Shown here piece after piece: positions 13,948 through 26,272 of a stretch of 64,000 bases of DNA. Both the position numbers and the translations under genes were made by a program. The notes below the pieces were generated by a model. That model did not search any database. It worked only from the letters and a program-made list of their open reading frames with translations, and was not told the DNA's origin. How positions within the stretch are numbered: position 1 is the first letter of the stretch; every line of letters begins with the position of its first letter. The stretch comes from Oikopleura dioica (lineage: Eukaryota > Animalia > Chordata): positions 310,001-374,000 of the forward strand of contig OU015569.1 in NCBI GenBank assembly GCA_907165135.1. Reading direction: 5' to 3'.

Positions 13948-15735
13948 TCAGTGAGTGTGTTGGTTTGAAGCAAGGTTTGGAGAAGACGAGGAACAAATTT
14001 GGAGACGCTGCAGTTCTTGAAGAATTTGGTGGATGTTTTTGCGTTTTGAAGAGCTTGAAAAGGGAATGAATCGCTTCCTGTAGAAGTTTTATTTTAGTAC
14101 CTGTATTGCCAGCAGCTGTTTCCGATCAAGTTCCAAAGAGACTCGGGAAAGCCATCTGGCTGAACGAGGCGATACCCTTCCGAGAGATACTGGGAAATGT
14201 TCAGACAGTCAATGTCTTTGTAAGGGGCTTGGGCTAACGAGAAGAGCTCCCAGACGAATATTCCATAAGCCCAGACGTCGCCGCTCAAACTGGCGTGGTT
14301 GGGAGTGTCGATGCATTCTGGAGCTTGCCAACGAATTGGCCGTCCTTCGAAGTAGTCTGCCGGGAAGAGCTCGAGGGAGATGACGGTGTCGCCCAGGAGA
14401 ATGTTTTCGTTATATTCGTCCAGGACGAAGTTGCGTGAAGCAACGTCGCCGTGGATGATGTCATTCGACCTGAATCACCAGTTGTTTTCAAATCTGGTTT
14501 AAAAGATTGCCCGGGTGCAGTATATAACGGTAGTTCAAGAACGCTTACGATAGATAGGCGAGTGCTTCAGCCGCCTGATAGGTGAATCGTTTCAGTTTGA
14601 CAGTGCTAACTGTACTTCTATGCGACGGATTTGTTCGCAGTTGGCAACGCTTGAGAAACCATTTCAGCGGTCCTAGATTTCGATTGTCGAACTGTTTGTC
14701 TCGAGAAAGGAAGAACTACCTTCTACGTTCTGGAAGTACATCGCTTGGAAGTTCCGTTCTTGAAAGCTGGTCATGTTGACGGAAAGAATGAGATCGCAGG
14801 GCTTCAATCTTTCGAAAATCTTCGCCCGGCCCATCATTTCTTCTCGGTTGCTTACTTCGCGCAGTTTCTTCACAAAAACTAAAAAATCAAGTGAGTTATT
14901 TCCCTCCCTTTTCCATTCTACCTCGTCTACTTTCGCCATCGTGCTCGAACTTGCCGATCAAGCAGGAACCGTAGTCGCCCTCGATGACGGTCTTGACGAT
15001 TGTAAGTCTTTCAGGAGTGTAATTCGAAGTCAGGCGCAGCGAGGAGCGATTAATGAGCTTTTCTTTTTCGGGCGAAAAGAAGCCACGAAGCTGCGCTTCT
15101 TGCTCGTTTTGGCGATAGTTGACGGCGTAGATTACCAAAGCCAGAGCAGATATCTAAACACGCAATATCTCTATTATGAGGTCATTTGCTTTACTCACGA
15201 TTATGGCCAAGAACGAGATAATAGCGGCAATGGTTATACTCGAATCGCTGCAACTCATTTCCAAATTTGAAGTTTCTGATTTCACTTCACATTTGATTGA
15301 GCCGGAAATCGTCGATTTTTTTGAGGATGATCTATTGGAGTTCTTCCAATGGGTGATCGATTTGTTGAATTGATGAATGGGATCGTCAGAAGAACAGCTG
15401 ATATTCAGGGAAATTGGAGTGTCATTTTCAGAACTCGAATCTTGAGATTTTGACGAATCGAGTGAGCAATAACCGCAGGCGAGAGTGATGATCAAAGAAG
15501 AGCGCGAAGAAATCTAAGAAAGCGACTAGTTTTCGGTTTTTTGTTGACTCCTTCTTACCCATTTGGCGGAAAATTGATTGGGACTGGGGCCTTCGTAAGT
15601 GATGTTGTATTCATCAGCCGAAAGAGACAACTGCGTTTTTGGATTGAACTGCGATTTCCCCGGTTTTCCAAGCGCCACGCCGAAAAGTCCAAAAATCGCT
15701 GCTAGAAAGAGCAAAGCTCGAGAGAGAGTCCTCAT
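13948..15735 (-). CDS. RYK: RYK/derailed-like receptor tyrosine pseudokinase
   Basis: Signal peptide (MRTLSRALLFLAAIFGLFGVALG), TM (ITIAAIISFLAIIV), kinase IIHGDVASRNFVLD...LLGDTVISLELFPADY...RPIRWQAPEC...GDVWAYGIFVWELFSLAQAPYKDID...YLSEGYRLVQP. It lacks DFG, as RYK does. Confidence 0.8.
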
Positions 15736-15860
15736 CACTCACATTCTAAAAGAGAGGAACTCAACTCATTCGGCCGATTCTTTTTTCGTTTCAACTTTTA
15801 CACAGTGAAAAGCGCGCAGTTCTCGCCTTCAATAAATAAATTTAAAAGTGAGTGTCAGTT

Positions 15861-17117
15861 TTACTCTTGTCCAATCGTTTCAACGGCTTTGATTACGTCC
15901 TCGTACTTGAAATCCTGCGGTCTCGTGTTAAACGTTTGCACTAGAATTGAGTTAACACTACTTCCAACCAGCTGGTTTTTTACTCACCGAGGCTCATTCC
16001 TTTTGCTTCCGTGTGAAAGTACTGAGCGTAGTAGGCGAGTAATTGAGCGTCCTGCTTTTCAATTAGACTTTCATCGACATCTGCGACCATTAAACAGATT
16101 CCTTTCGTGTCTGAAACAGAATCAGCAAGAGCGCCCTACTGCTCTGCCTTACCAATTAGGTCTGGATAATGGCACATGGACAGGAGAACTGGAGCATCGG
16201 CGCCTTTGAGCTTGTAGTGCTCCAGCGTCGTGAAGTTGAGCTCGTTTCCGCCCCAGAAGCCGATGTAGAAGAGCCACTTGTTGTCGTCGCGCGGCAGTGG
16301 GTAGATAAACGAGGGAAAATGCGTCTTGATCGCGGCGATGTAGTCCCAGTACTTCTTCGAAATCGACGCTGAAGAAAAGAAGAATTAGACTGCAAGAGCC
16401 CGGAGGTCCAGTTGCTCACCGAAAACTGCCGATCTGTGCGCATGATACTTTCGCCAAATGTCGCCAATCTCCTTTCCGTCCTTGTTCTTCAGCCTTTCCA
16501 AGTCCATCACGCTGTCGAGAGTTTTCGGTGCGACGTAGCTTGGCTGCGCAGCTGAAGCAGCCGCTTGTTCCGCCGTCATTTCTTCCATCGTCTTCGGATT
16601 TCCGGCTTCTTTCTTTTTCTGCGCTTCGTGCTGCTGGTGCATCAGCTCGAGACGCTTTAGATACGTCTCGGGGTCTGATTGCTTCAGTTTCACGATTCTG
16701 TCTTTGAATTTGATGAAGTAGGGGTTGTTCTGACTACCGTTTCAGATAATTCAGTCATATTGCCTAGATACCCTTAAGAAATTTGAAAATGATTTGCATA
16801 ATCTTGTAGGCAAGAAATTGGTAAAGGGCACAAAACAGGTTAACCCGCGTGCGAAAGACTAGAACCTCACGAACCAGGGAGTTAAACTTTTCAAACGCGA
16901 ATAAACCCGAGATTCCCTTAATTTTTCGATTTTTTCTTCGCTAAAAATTTTCCTCAAGCTATGAATAAGGATAAAGTAATCAAAAATTTGCTTTTGTCTG
17001 TCTGAAACATGCCTGTAATGAGTCCTCAAGCTCGGCGATTTTCTCCGGCGAGAGCATCGTGCTCGACATCGATAGACTTCTGTTTGCTGCGGACATGGCC
17101 AGGAAGCGCCTCAGCAT
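15861..17117 (-). CDS. ATPAF1: ATP synthase F1 assembly factor 1 (ATP11)
   Basis: Mitochondrial presequence, NNPYFIKFKDRIVKLKQSDP, KTLDSVMDLERLKNKDGKEIGDIWRKYH, FPSFIYPLPR, VQTFNTRPQDFKYEDVI. Confidence 0.9.
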
Positions 17118-18041
17118 CTAGAAACGAAGCATTTTAGCGGATAAGAAAAGAGAGGCAAGAAGTAGGAATGTGAATAGTTAGTACAAAATCCAGACAATTT
17201 CAGTTGGCAGTTCACTTTTGTACTGGTTATTTAAACAAGTGTCCCTAAGTTGTTTTTTAATTTTTTTCGTTTTCACTTTTTTGGATTGTTTAAAATTGTT
17301 AAAGTGCTACCGATAAATAAATAGTTGTTTCCATTTGATGATACAATCGAAATAGAGATAGTCTTTTAATTAAGATAGGTGCACAATAAGAAAATAAGCG
17401 TAAAATTGAAGTAAAAAGGAAGTCTGAAAAATAGCAAGTTGCGAGAGTTGAAAGAACTTTACAAAAGTTTAACTATGATGCGGCCAGTTGAATTTCAATC
17501 ATAATGCCGTGGATAAAACAAATATGAGAGGCGCAGTTTTAATTTGAGACCGCGAGGTTGGGATAAAAGTTGGGTACTTGATTTGAAAAGTCACTTTTGA
17601 ACCTCTTTGGTGACGATTCAAGCGATTATTATTGACAATCTTAGAAAAGCAAGCTTATTTCTGCTTCATTTTTTTGCGATGAACTTTTTAATTTTCAATT
17701 AATCTATGTCTAGGCTCTAGAATCGAGAAGAACGGACGTTGATTTGAAGAAAAAACAAAGAAGCAAATTTTTCGTTCTCTTCTATGTCTCCCAAATTCAT
17801 TTTGAACCGAAGCTCATTTTTTACAAAGAACTCTTCTCTTTTTTAATTTTTAAATTTGAATTTCAGAATTAAAAAAATCTTGGTTGTGTGATTTTCAATC
17901 TCCTGCCGCTTGAGCAAAAGCAGCAGAAATGTAAAAAAAAGAGGTAAACAGCGGTATGTCTTTTTTTAATGATAATCGAGAGGTTTTGGCGCCGAATAGA
18001 GAAAAAGAATAATAATAAAGAGATAGAGCAGTTTTAATCGT

Positions 18042-20160
18042 TCAAGCTTCCTCGTTCGCCAGTTCGACGTCCACGTAGAGGAGCATGTACGCTTGGGAGG
18101 CAAGGACATCGGCAGTGTTTGCACCAGTTACTTCCGAATCGTTGTACTTTTTTCAAGTTTTTCAAAAGAACTTCTGCGCTCTGTAACTTCAGTCTGGGTC
18201 TTGAAAAAGCATTAACTTTTTGTCAAAGCTCTTGCAGGACCCTGACTCAGGTTGCTACGCAGGATCCAGAATTTTCATGAAAGATGAATAATTTGAGATT
18301 GTTTTGAAAACTCTCCTGAACCCAGCCGGATGCTTTGCCGTCCTTCTTCTCCGAGTCCTTGTAGCAAAACGTCGTGTAGTGGCCCGAGTTGAAGTACTTT
18401 CCGTGGTGGACAACAACTGCGCGAAGAACGTACTCTGGGCTGGTCGCTTTGTGCGTCATGTAAGGCGTGAGGTTGAGCTTTTCTGGGAAGTCCACGTGGC
18501 AGGCGATCTTCTCCTGCCCGGATGAATGACTGAAGGGAGAGTTAAAATAGTATGTTAGAAGGAAATTGACAGAAACCTGTATTTTGCCCGTTTCAAATGG
18601 ACAAAGAGACACTTTGGCGACTCGAGAACTGTAATACGCTTGTCCGCTTCTGTTCGCACGGACTGTCGCCGCGTCCGCCCGTAGTTGTGATTGATTCGAC
18701 AGTTTTCGCAGTTGTAGACGCGGCCTAACCGCTCAGACTTCGTGTAGATCTTCAGCAGGAAGTCCAACGAGACGTTTTTGTTCTGAGTTTAAAAAAAAGG
18801 TTGAATGATTTGGCGTTGGCAAGTTAGCCTGACCTGATCCTGAGCGAAGTCAGAAAAAAACATGCATCCTGCTAATTTCCTGTTTTTTACCCTGTGTTAT
18901 TGACTCAGGCCTGATTTAGGACAACAGCATTCCTGAAAGAAGAAGTACTTGTTTCTCCCTGCTTGTGAAATACTTGTCTTGAAATAGTCGTTAACTCAGG
19001 TCCTGTTTTTTGACCTGTCCTGACTCAGGAATCCTGACTTTTGCACCTTAGTAGGTTGAGTCTCTTGAGGCTGAAGCTGACCAAAAATTGTTGAAAAAAT
19101 GCTCCAAATCTGGGAAAATTTACCTGGGTGCCGGATCCAGTATTCTTGTAATACTTATTTGGGAATTCCAAAGGCAGCGTGTTGAACTTTTCGATTTGGT
19201 GGTTTTGTTTCCGCACTGGGTGCAGATGACTTCCGACTGCCACTGCCCGGTGAACATTCGATTGACGACGCAGTTGAGAATGTCTTCCGAGCAGCCCTTT
19301 GTCCGCTCCTTTTCCAGCTTGTAAAGAAGCTGAAGACATAGAAGAGAGCACGTCGGGCGAGCAAAAGTACCTGGCAGAAGAACTCTTGGACGTCTTGCTG
19401 AATGTGGCCGTTGAAGTTGGGCAACTGGTCGTGGACTGCTTGGACGAACGAAGACGGCTCCACAGTGAGTCGTCGGCCGGCATTGAGCTCCCCAACCAGC
19501 TGCTGCAGCGATTTTGTCTGATCGATGGCTTTTGAACTGTTCGATTTGTAATGCCGAATTACAGTAATTAGCCCCCAGTTTTTAAGCCCGCTAGAATGTC
19601 CTACTTTCGGATTCAGATCAGGGGCCAAAATAATTTATCCATTGAAGCGTAAATAAAAAAGCGAGCCTCGCTTAAAGAAAGAATAAATTCAAAGTTCTGA
19701 ATAAGCCGTTCCAGAGAGTTGACGCCGCGTTTGCGCTTGGCGCGTCCATCCACCGGCTCACTTGATCCGTCGTCGGAGGAGTTGCGCGTCGGGCTTTGGA
19801 CGGCGAACTCGACTTCTTGCAGCGCCTCGCGGAAGCATTTCAACGACGCGAGTACTTGCACGATCGTGTTCAAGTAGCAAGTGTTGCCGAGATTTTTCAG
19901 CCCTGGAAATTGAAAATAATCACTCTCTCTTCTGTTTGATTTACCAGTGACTCCGCGGAGTTGTTGCGGCTTCGCAGACTTGGATGGCTTTTGCTGACTT
20001 TCCGTGTTGCCTTCCGAAGCAGCGGAAGAGTCTTCTTTGCCTTGGCACGCTTTGGCCGGGATTCGGACACGCTTCTGGAGCGCTTTTGAGTTTCGGCGGA
20101 GTCGGAAGTCTTCGATTTTCGAACTTAGATCGGATTTTTAAAATGATTTACAATTTTAAA
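18042..20160 (-). CDS. Ubiquitin-specific protease, USP3/44/49-like; 5' end uncertain; one apparent frameshift at 19195-19197
   Basis: Cys box GVTGLKNLGNTCYLNTIVQVL, QQDVQEFF, His box AVVVHHGKYFNSGHYTTFC, YNDSEV...QAYMLLY. Confidence 0.88.
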
Positions 20161-20400
20161 TTTACGATCATAAAACAAGTCATTTCTTAAAAAAGTAGCT
20201 CTAATAATCGATCCAAGCGGTAGGTATGCTCTTATCTATCTGCGTTATTTAGCTTTGACGTCAAAATAAAGAAAAAAAAGCGAGTAAATATACTTATCAT
20301 TTGATTTCTTAATTTTGCCGCTTTTCTGTTGCCTCTGTTTCGAAATTAACAAAGCTCGAATTGAGCAGTGAAGCTCATCTAATACTCAAAATGGAATAAG

Positions 20401-21439
20401 CTACAATTGGAAATTGCAGAATTGCAATTCGCTTCTACTTTTATACTTTCGATCACGTGTCAAGACAAAACACAAAAATCCCGTAACAAGAGAAGATGAG
20501 CGAGAAACGCGCTGCGTTGGAGCAGGAGCTTCAGAGGTCTCGCTGCTCGTGCTGTTGGAGCTCTTTCGCTTGCGCTTCGACGTTCCGCTCCGCGTTTCCG
20601 GGGAAGTTGATGAAGCAACCGGCTCCGCTGTGTTTTTCCCCTTTGGAGCTTGAGTTGGAGAAGCGCTGAGTCGAGCGGAGCTCCTTCTCACTCGCGCGGT
20701 TATTCCACCTTCGAGTTCGGCCTTTCCCTTTGGGTCCTTGAACCTGGCTGGCTCCGCCGCCTCTCCACCTCTCGATCCGCTTTCCGAACTCTTCGATTCC
20801 GACTTTCTAGGTCGCAGCGGCCGCGGCGCCACCACCATTCCCAAATCGATCAAATCATCATCCTCCTCCTCTTCTTTCGCCAGCTTCCCGCTTTTCACAG
20901 AAGTGGCAGTAGCACTTTCATTTTTCGTCGTTTCTTTCGTTTCCTTCGCTTCGTTCGCTTTCGCAGAAGAGTTCTTTTTCTATTTACAATGTCGTAATTC
21001 GACGGGTTGAACACAGCAGAGGGCCTGATAAGTAGCAGCGTCGCATGGTCGTAATCTTTTCAAGCGTGAAAAGGTTTTTTTAAAAGGTCATTATTAATCT
21101 GAAACTTATGTATTGATACCCTTATTTTCTTTTACAAATAGAAAGTAGAAGACCTTAGTTTGTTCCTCTGATGTCCAGAGTCTTCCTTGATATCATTATT
21201 TATCATAATTGTAAATCATTATTATTAATCGTATCATTAATGGAAGCACACTATCCTAGCCGAGCGACATCGTCTTGTTCGGGAAAGCTCTCCTCGACAA
21301 ACAAGTTGAACTTTTGCTTGGAGCGTAGTTTGCGCTCCTCGACGGCCTCGGCAAGACTGTGTTTGGTGATGACCGAGCCGGACGTGTCGATCAAGTCTGG
21401 CATTCGACCGTTGGCGAGTTCCATCTTATTGAGTGCCAT
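20401..21439 (-). CDS. Hypothetical Ser/Lys/Glu-rich protein, or 5' exons of the USP gene
   Basis: ORFs 21251-21439 and 20401-20898 read as plausible protein and follow a ttcag acceptor near 21482. No family recognised and exon joins are uncertain. Confidence 0.35.
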
Positions 21440-21620
21440 TCAAAGTTCATCCCTTACTCATAGCGCCCGAAAACGATGCTCTGAACGATCAAGAACGAGT
21501 TGTTTTTTTTCTGTCTTTTGCTTTTTTTATTTGAATTTGAAAGTAAAAATAAAAAACAGGAAACTCGAAATTGAGAAAGAGCAGCTTTTACTTGAGCATG
21601 GAACGGCAGGTCACAGGTAG

Positions 21621-23588
21621 CTACTGTTCTAGCAAGACCTTTCTCTTGCAGGACATTGTAGAAAGGTGGCAGTTGAAACTAGAAACGATAAAAAAGGGAG
21701 AGGTCATTTCAACTCGAGCGCGAGTTTTGGAAAAGCAACTCCAGGAGCGCCGATTGCCGCGAAATCTGCTGTCTCTCCCTGCGTGATTGCCTAGAAAAGA
21801 GCGAGTTAGAACATTCCCCGATTTTTCCGACTTTGGTTCGACCAATCAAAGTCTCCAAAAATCCTCTCTGGCAAATCAAAACTGCGAATCTTTTCCTTCA
21901 AAAGAATGATCAAGAAGAAGTAGCGGAAAAGAACGCATCAGAAACATTTGACTTTCTGATTGGTCAGAAGACTATAATAGTTTTGGAGATTTTGATTGGT
22001 CGAAACGTACCATGGCAGTAGAGGTGCGTTGAAAATTCAGCACTGGTCCTGGATTGATCACTTGCGGCGGCGGGATCATCGCTCGCCCCACTCGGATTTG
22101 CTTTTCTTTCAATTCGAACATGTTCATCGATTCCGTCGCATCCGCGGCTGCTTTTACCGTCGTGTACTCGACGAAGCCTTATCTCAAAGATTAAAGCTCA
22201 AATTGGTAGAAAACCGCGGTACCGTAAGTTTTGTGCTTTCCAGTAACGAAGTCGCGAATGAGCACCGCTTTGACGACGTCGCCGAAAGGCGAGAAGATGA
22301 CGCGGAGATCGTCGTCGACGACTGAAGGCGCCAAATTCGAAACGTAAATGATCGACGACTTCTTCGACTTTTCTATCAAATTGTCGATTAACTCCTGGTA
22401 GACGTCCGTGTTCGTCGGGCGCCCAACGCGGATCGGCCGGTTGTTCAACTAAAAAGCATGAATTCAAGAAAAGGGAGCCTCAGAAATGGGCAAAGCTAGA
22501 AAACTAAAAATAGGGAAGTCAGGAACAGGACTGGGCTCAGCAACCTGAGTCAGGGTCTCAAAGATCTTTTATCAAAAGCCTGTTTCTTTCTGACTCAGGT
22601 TTTCAACACAGGTTGCTGAGCTCAGGGACAGGGTTTTCTACAAATGAAGAAACTTACGCTTATTCCACACATTTGTTCGATCGCAAGCTTCAAATCGGAT
22701 TTTTATTTCAGAAAATTGAAAAATCAAAGGTAGAAATTGAAAGCTATATAATTCGACTTTACCACAAATTTCTCGTGGGAAGTTGATTTTAAATAAAATC
22801 CGCGCCTGGGAGCCTTCGGGAAGATCGTACTCGACATAGGCGTAGCCCTTGTGTCTGCCGGTGAGGGGGTCGATGTCGAGATTGACGGCCTTGAGGATGC
22901 CGAAGGGACTGAACGAAGAAACGTTGATTGTTTTGAGTCTCAAAGTCGGGGGGCATTTACGCAAAGGCTTCGCGGACCTCCCGCATGCCCACGTTGTAGT
23001 CCAGCCCGCCGATGAAGCACTGCGTCATCAGCAGCGTCACTTGCTGCTTCTGGATCGCCTCCGCCGTCTTGTTCTGGATGATCGCTTTCTGCTGCTTGTC
23101 TTCTTTCTTCATCGAGTGCCTGGCAAAGTACAAAGATTAAAAACAATAAAATATTTTTTTTTTTAATTTAATTATTCAATTTTTTTATAAAAATTTTATT
23201 CGAAAACGACGTTTCTAAAATCGAACAAAAAATCGAGATATAAGAAAATTTTCAATAAAAAGACTGAAAATTTTGAGCGTTTTACAGTTGAGACGGAGAT
23301 TTTCTTGCGCTATAATTTTGTCTTCATCGCTAGAATATACCCTTGAACTGTAAAATTCTCAAGAATTTCCATTTTTTTAATTGGAAATTTTCTTATTTCT
23401 CGATTTTTTCTCGATTTTGAAGCTGTCGTTTTCGAATAAAATTTTTAATAAAACGCCGAATAGTCAAATTAATGCTGGAAACTCAAATTAATTACTAACT
23501 TGATACTTTCATTCATGCAATATCTTTTCGCCTGTTTAAGCTTCTCTCTTTGTTCAAGAGTCAATTTAGGAAGTTTTTGAGGCGCCAT
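21621..23588 (-). CDS. PUF60: Poly(U)-binding splicing factor PUF60/half pint (RRM1 + RRM2); 3' end 21621-21703
   Basis: LTLEQREKLKQAKRYCMNESIK; RRM1 CFIGGLDY...FAPFGILKAVNLDIDPLTGRHKGYAYVEYDLPE; RRM2 IYVSNLAPSVVDDDLRVIFSPFG...GKHKTYGFVEY...MNMFELKEKQIRVGRA. Confidence 0.88.
22531..22625. mobile_element. CCTGAGTCAGG-family MITE in a PUF60 intron
   Basis: CTGGGCTCAGCAACCTGAGTCAGG ... TGACTCAGGTTTTCAACACAGGTTGCTGAGCTCAG. Confidence 0.85.
23171..23470. repeat. AT-rich foldback element in PUF60 intron 1 (ends approximate)
   Basis: TTTTATTCGAAAACGAC...AAATCGAGATATAAGAAAATTT pairs with AAATTTTCTTATTTCTCGATTTT...GTCGTTTTCGAATAAAA. Confidence 0.65.
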
Positions 23589-23933
23589 TTTAAATTTATC
23601 GTGCTTTAGTTAGAAATTATGGTTTTTTGAAAATTATCCTTCTTTTTTGGATTATTTTTGAATAGCGCGCGCTGATTGGCTGCGCCACTCTCTCGCCAGC
23701 TCAGTTGTAAAAAAAGTGCCTTTTTCTCGTTTTTCGTGTAGTTTTGGCTCGAAAAGACTAATCACAGGAAATAAGAGATAAATTTTAATACAGAGAGTTC
23801 AACTTATGAGTCATTTATCTTCTGTTTTTTTAGAAATTAAAAAAAAAATATTAATTTTTCTTCTTTGCCAGAAAAACGGCGAAATTTCGATTTGTGAAGA
23901 AAAAACTGTAATAATCGTGAATAATTTCAGAAA
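23589..23933. promoter_or_regulatory. Candidate bidirectional promoter between PUF60 and EIF3B
   Basis: 345-bp head-to-head gap containing GCGCGCTGATTGG (inverted CCAAT/NF-Y box, 23667-23679). Confidence 0.55.
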
Positions 23934-26272
23934 ATGGTCGAAGAAGGAGGCTGGCAACGCGCCGGAGGCGAAAACTCAGAAGCCCCAGAGCCCGATTTTG
24001 ACGATCCGGAAGGATTCGTCGATGACATCTCCAACGAGGAACTTTTGCCCGATTTGATGGCCAAGGTAAAAAAAACTTGTCTTTTTCTCACTTTACAAAA
24101 CTCTGCTTTTCAGGCTCCACGAGAAGCAGATGGAATCGAAAACGTCGTGATTATCGATGGTATTCCAAAGACGGAGAAAGTCGCCAAGTTGAAAGAAAAA
24201 CTTCATGGAATTTGGAAGAAACTCGCTGGAGAGCCGATTTATGAAGAGTTTCCCACTGAAATGGCGCCGCAAAAGGTAATTTATTCATTTTTAGTTGATA
24301 GACAAATTTCGTTCAGAAAACTGGAGAAATGATGGAGCATACGAAGGGCTACTGCTTCTTGGAATTCGAAGACGAGGAAACAGCTCTGCGCGCGATGGAG
24401 AACCTGCACAAGTACGCCTTTGACAAAAAGCATATTTTCTGCGCGAATTTGTTCACCGACTTCGAGAAGTTCGAAAGCACGCCCACCGAGTGGCAAGAAC
24501 CGACCAGGAAGGAGCACGAGGACTTGGGCAATCTCATGCAACACATGGAAGAGCCGGACGCCTTCGATCAATTCGTCGTCACTTACGCGGACGGAAAACA
24601 GACGGAATCGTACCTCAACCGACGCCCGGAGATCGAGTTGATTCACTCCCGAAAATCCTGGACCAACCGGGGCGTCGATTTCTCACCAACTGGCAAGTTT
24701 ATCGCCACTTACCACGACCAGGCACGGTTCTGAATCTAAGTAATTGGAAAGAAAAGTCCATCATAGAGTAGTTGATTTAGAACCATGTACCAGGGTATCG
24801 CTCTTTGGGTGTACACGCCACAATTCGCCGGAGCATCGTCGAAATCCCGAGGCATTTGGTCCCGCTCGCATCGATTCAAGCACGACCAAGTCGACAACAT
24901 GGCCTTTTCACCTGACGAGCGTTACATTTGCACCGGCAACGGAGCGCGCGGAGAGGGCCACTCGACTGTGATCATCCACGACGTCTGGAGCCAGAGCGAG
25001 AAGCGAAAGTTCACCGTCCAGACCGGCGAGAGCGGCCACATGGAATGGCCCCATCTCAAGTGGAGCAGCGACTCGCGATATTTTGCAAGGCAGACGGCAG
25101 ATACCATCTCCGTCTACGAAGTGCCCAACTGTGGCCTCCTCGACAAGCGCAGCATCAAGTGCCCAGAAGTGCGAGGCTTCAGCTGGTCCCCTAAGGACAA
25201 CCTCATCGCTTACTGGCTGCCAGAGCAGGGCGAGGCCCCAGCTCGTGTGACCATTATCAGCATCCCCCGCCGCAACGAAATCCGAGTCAAGAACCTCTAC
25301 AACGTCCACAACATCGAAATGGCCTGGCAAGATCAGGGCAAGTACTTGGCCGTGCGAGTGGACCGACCAGTCAAGGGCAAAAAGAGCAGCACCGTCTCTT
25401 CCTTCGAGATCTTCCACATCAAGGAGAAAGAAGTGCCCGTGGACACGATCGAGGTCAAGGACTGCGTCACGCGTTTCATGTGGGAGCCAAAAGGCAACAA
25501 GTTGTGCACGCTTCATGGCGAGCCTCAGCGCGTTTCCTGCACCATCTACAACGTCACTCAAGGCGGCAAGGTTGCTCCTTTGGTGACCATTCCTGACCTG
25601 CGCTCCATCGACTGTATCTTCTGGTCGCCCGCCGGTCAATACTGCGTCCTCGCACAGCTCCTCAACTTGCAGCAGAACAAGTTCCAACAGGGCGCTGGCT
25701 GCATGATGTTCCTCGACACTGGTGTCAACTCTTCCAACCCAGCCGACTACAAGCTCGTTGCTACCGAGCATCCGTACGCAACGGACGTCGAGTGGGACCC
25801 AACCGGTCGCTTTGTCTGCACCTACGTCTCCGCGTGGATCCGGCCGAACGACAACGAGTACCAGATCTGGTCTTTCCTCGGCCGACGAATTCGCAAAGAA
25901 TCGTCACTCAACCGCCTTGTCCAGTTCGTCTGGCGGCCGCGAATGCCGACCCTGCTCTCGGACAAGGAACTCAAGAAGGTCAAGAAGGAGATGAAACACT
26001 ACTCGCGCCAGTTCGAGATCAAGGACCGCGCCTTCTTCTCGAACCAGAACAAGGAAGAAGTCGAGAAGCGCCGCGTCATGATCGAGCAATTCAAGGCCTT
26101 CCACAACATGCGTCTCCGCGAGTTCAACACGCCCGAAGCTATCGCCACCCGAAAAGCGCTCCGCGACGGCCTCGACCAGGACGAGAACCACGCCGACGAC
26201 ACCGAGGTTGAAACCGTCTTCGAGCGACTCATCAAGGAAGAAGAGACCGTCGTCGATCCCTCTTCTATTTAG
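23934..26272 (+). CDS. EIF3B: Translation initiation factor eIF3 subunit B
   Basis: EPDFDDPEGFVDDISNEELL; RRM (TKGYCFLEFEDEETA...KYAFDKKHIF); WD region FSPTGKFIATYHDQGIALW; WDPTGRFVCT; WRPRMPTLLS...KHYSRQFEIKD. Three introns. Confidence 0.97.

Noticed and set aside
24908-25771. 287-aa minus-strand ORF, and similar long antisense ORFs at 560-1018, 42022-42936, 46461-47150, 58779-59495 and 59690-60371
   Set aside because: They are antisense to clear genes with strong codon bias and have no recognisable motifs.
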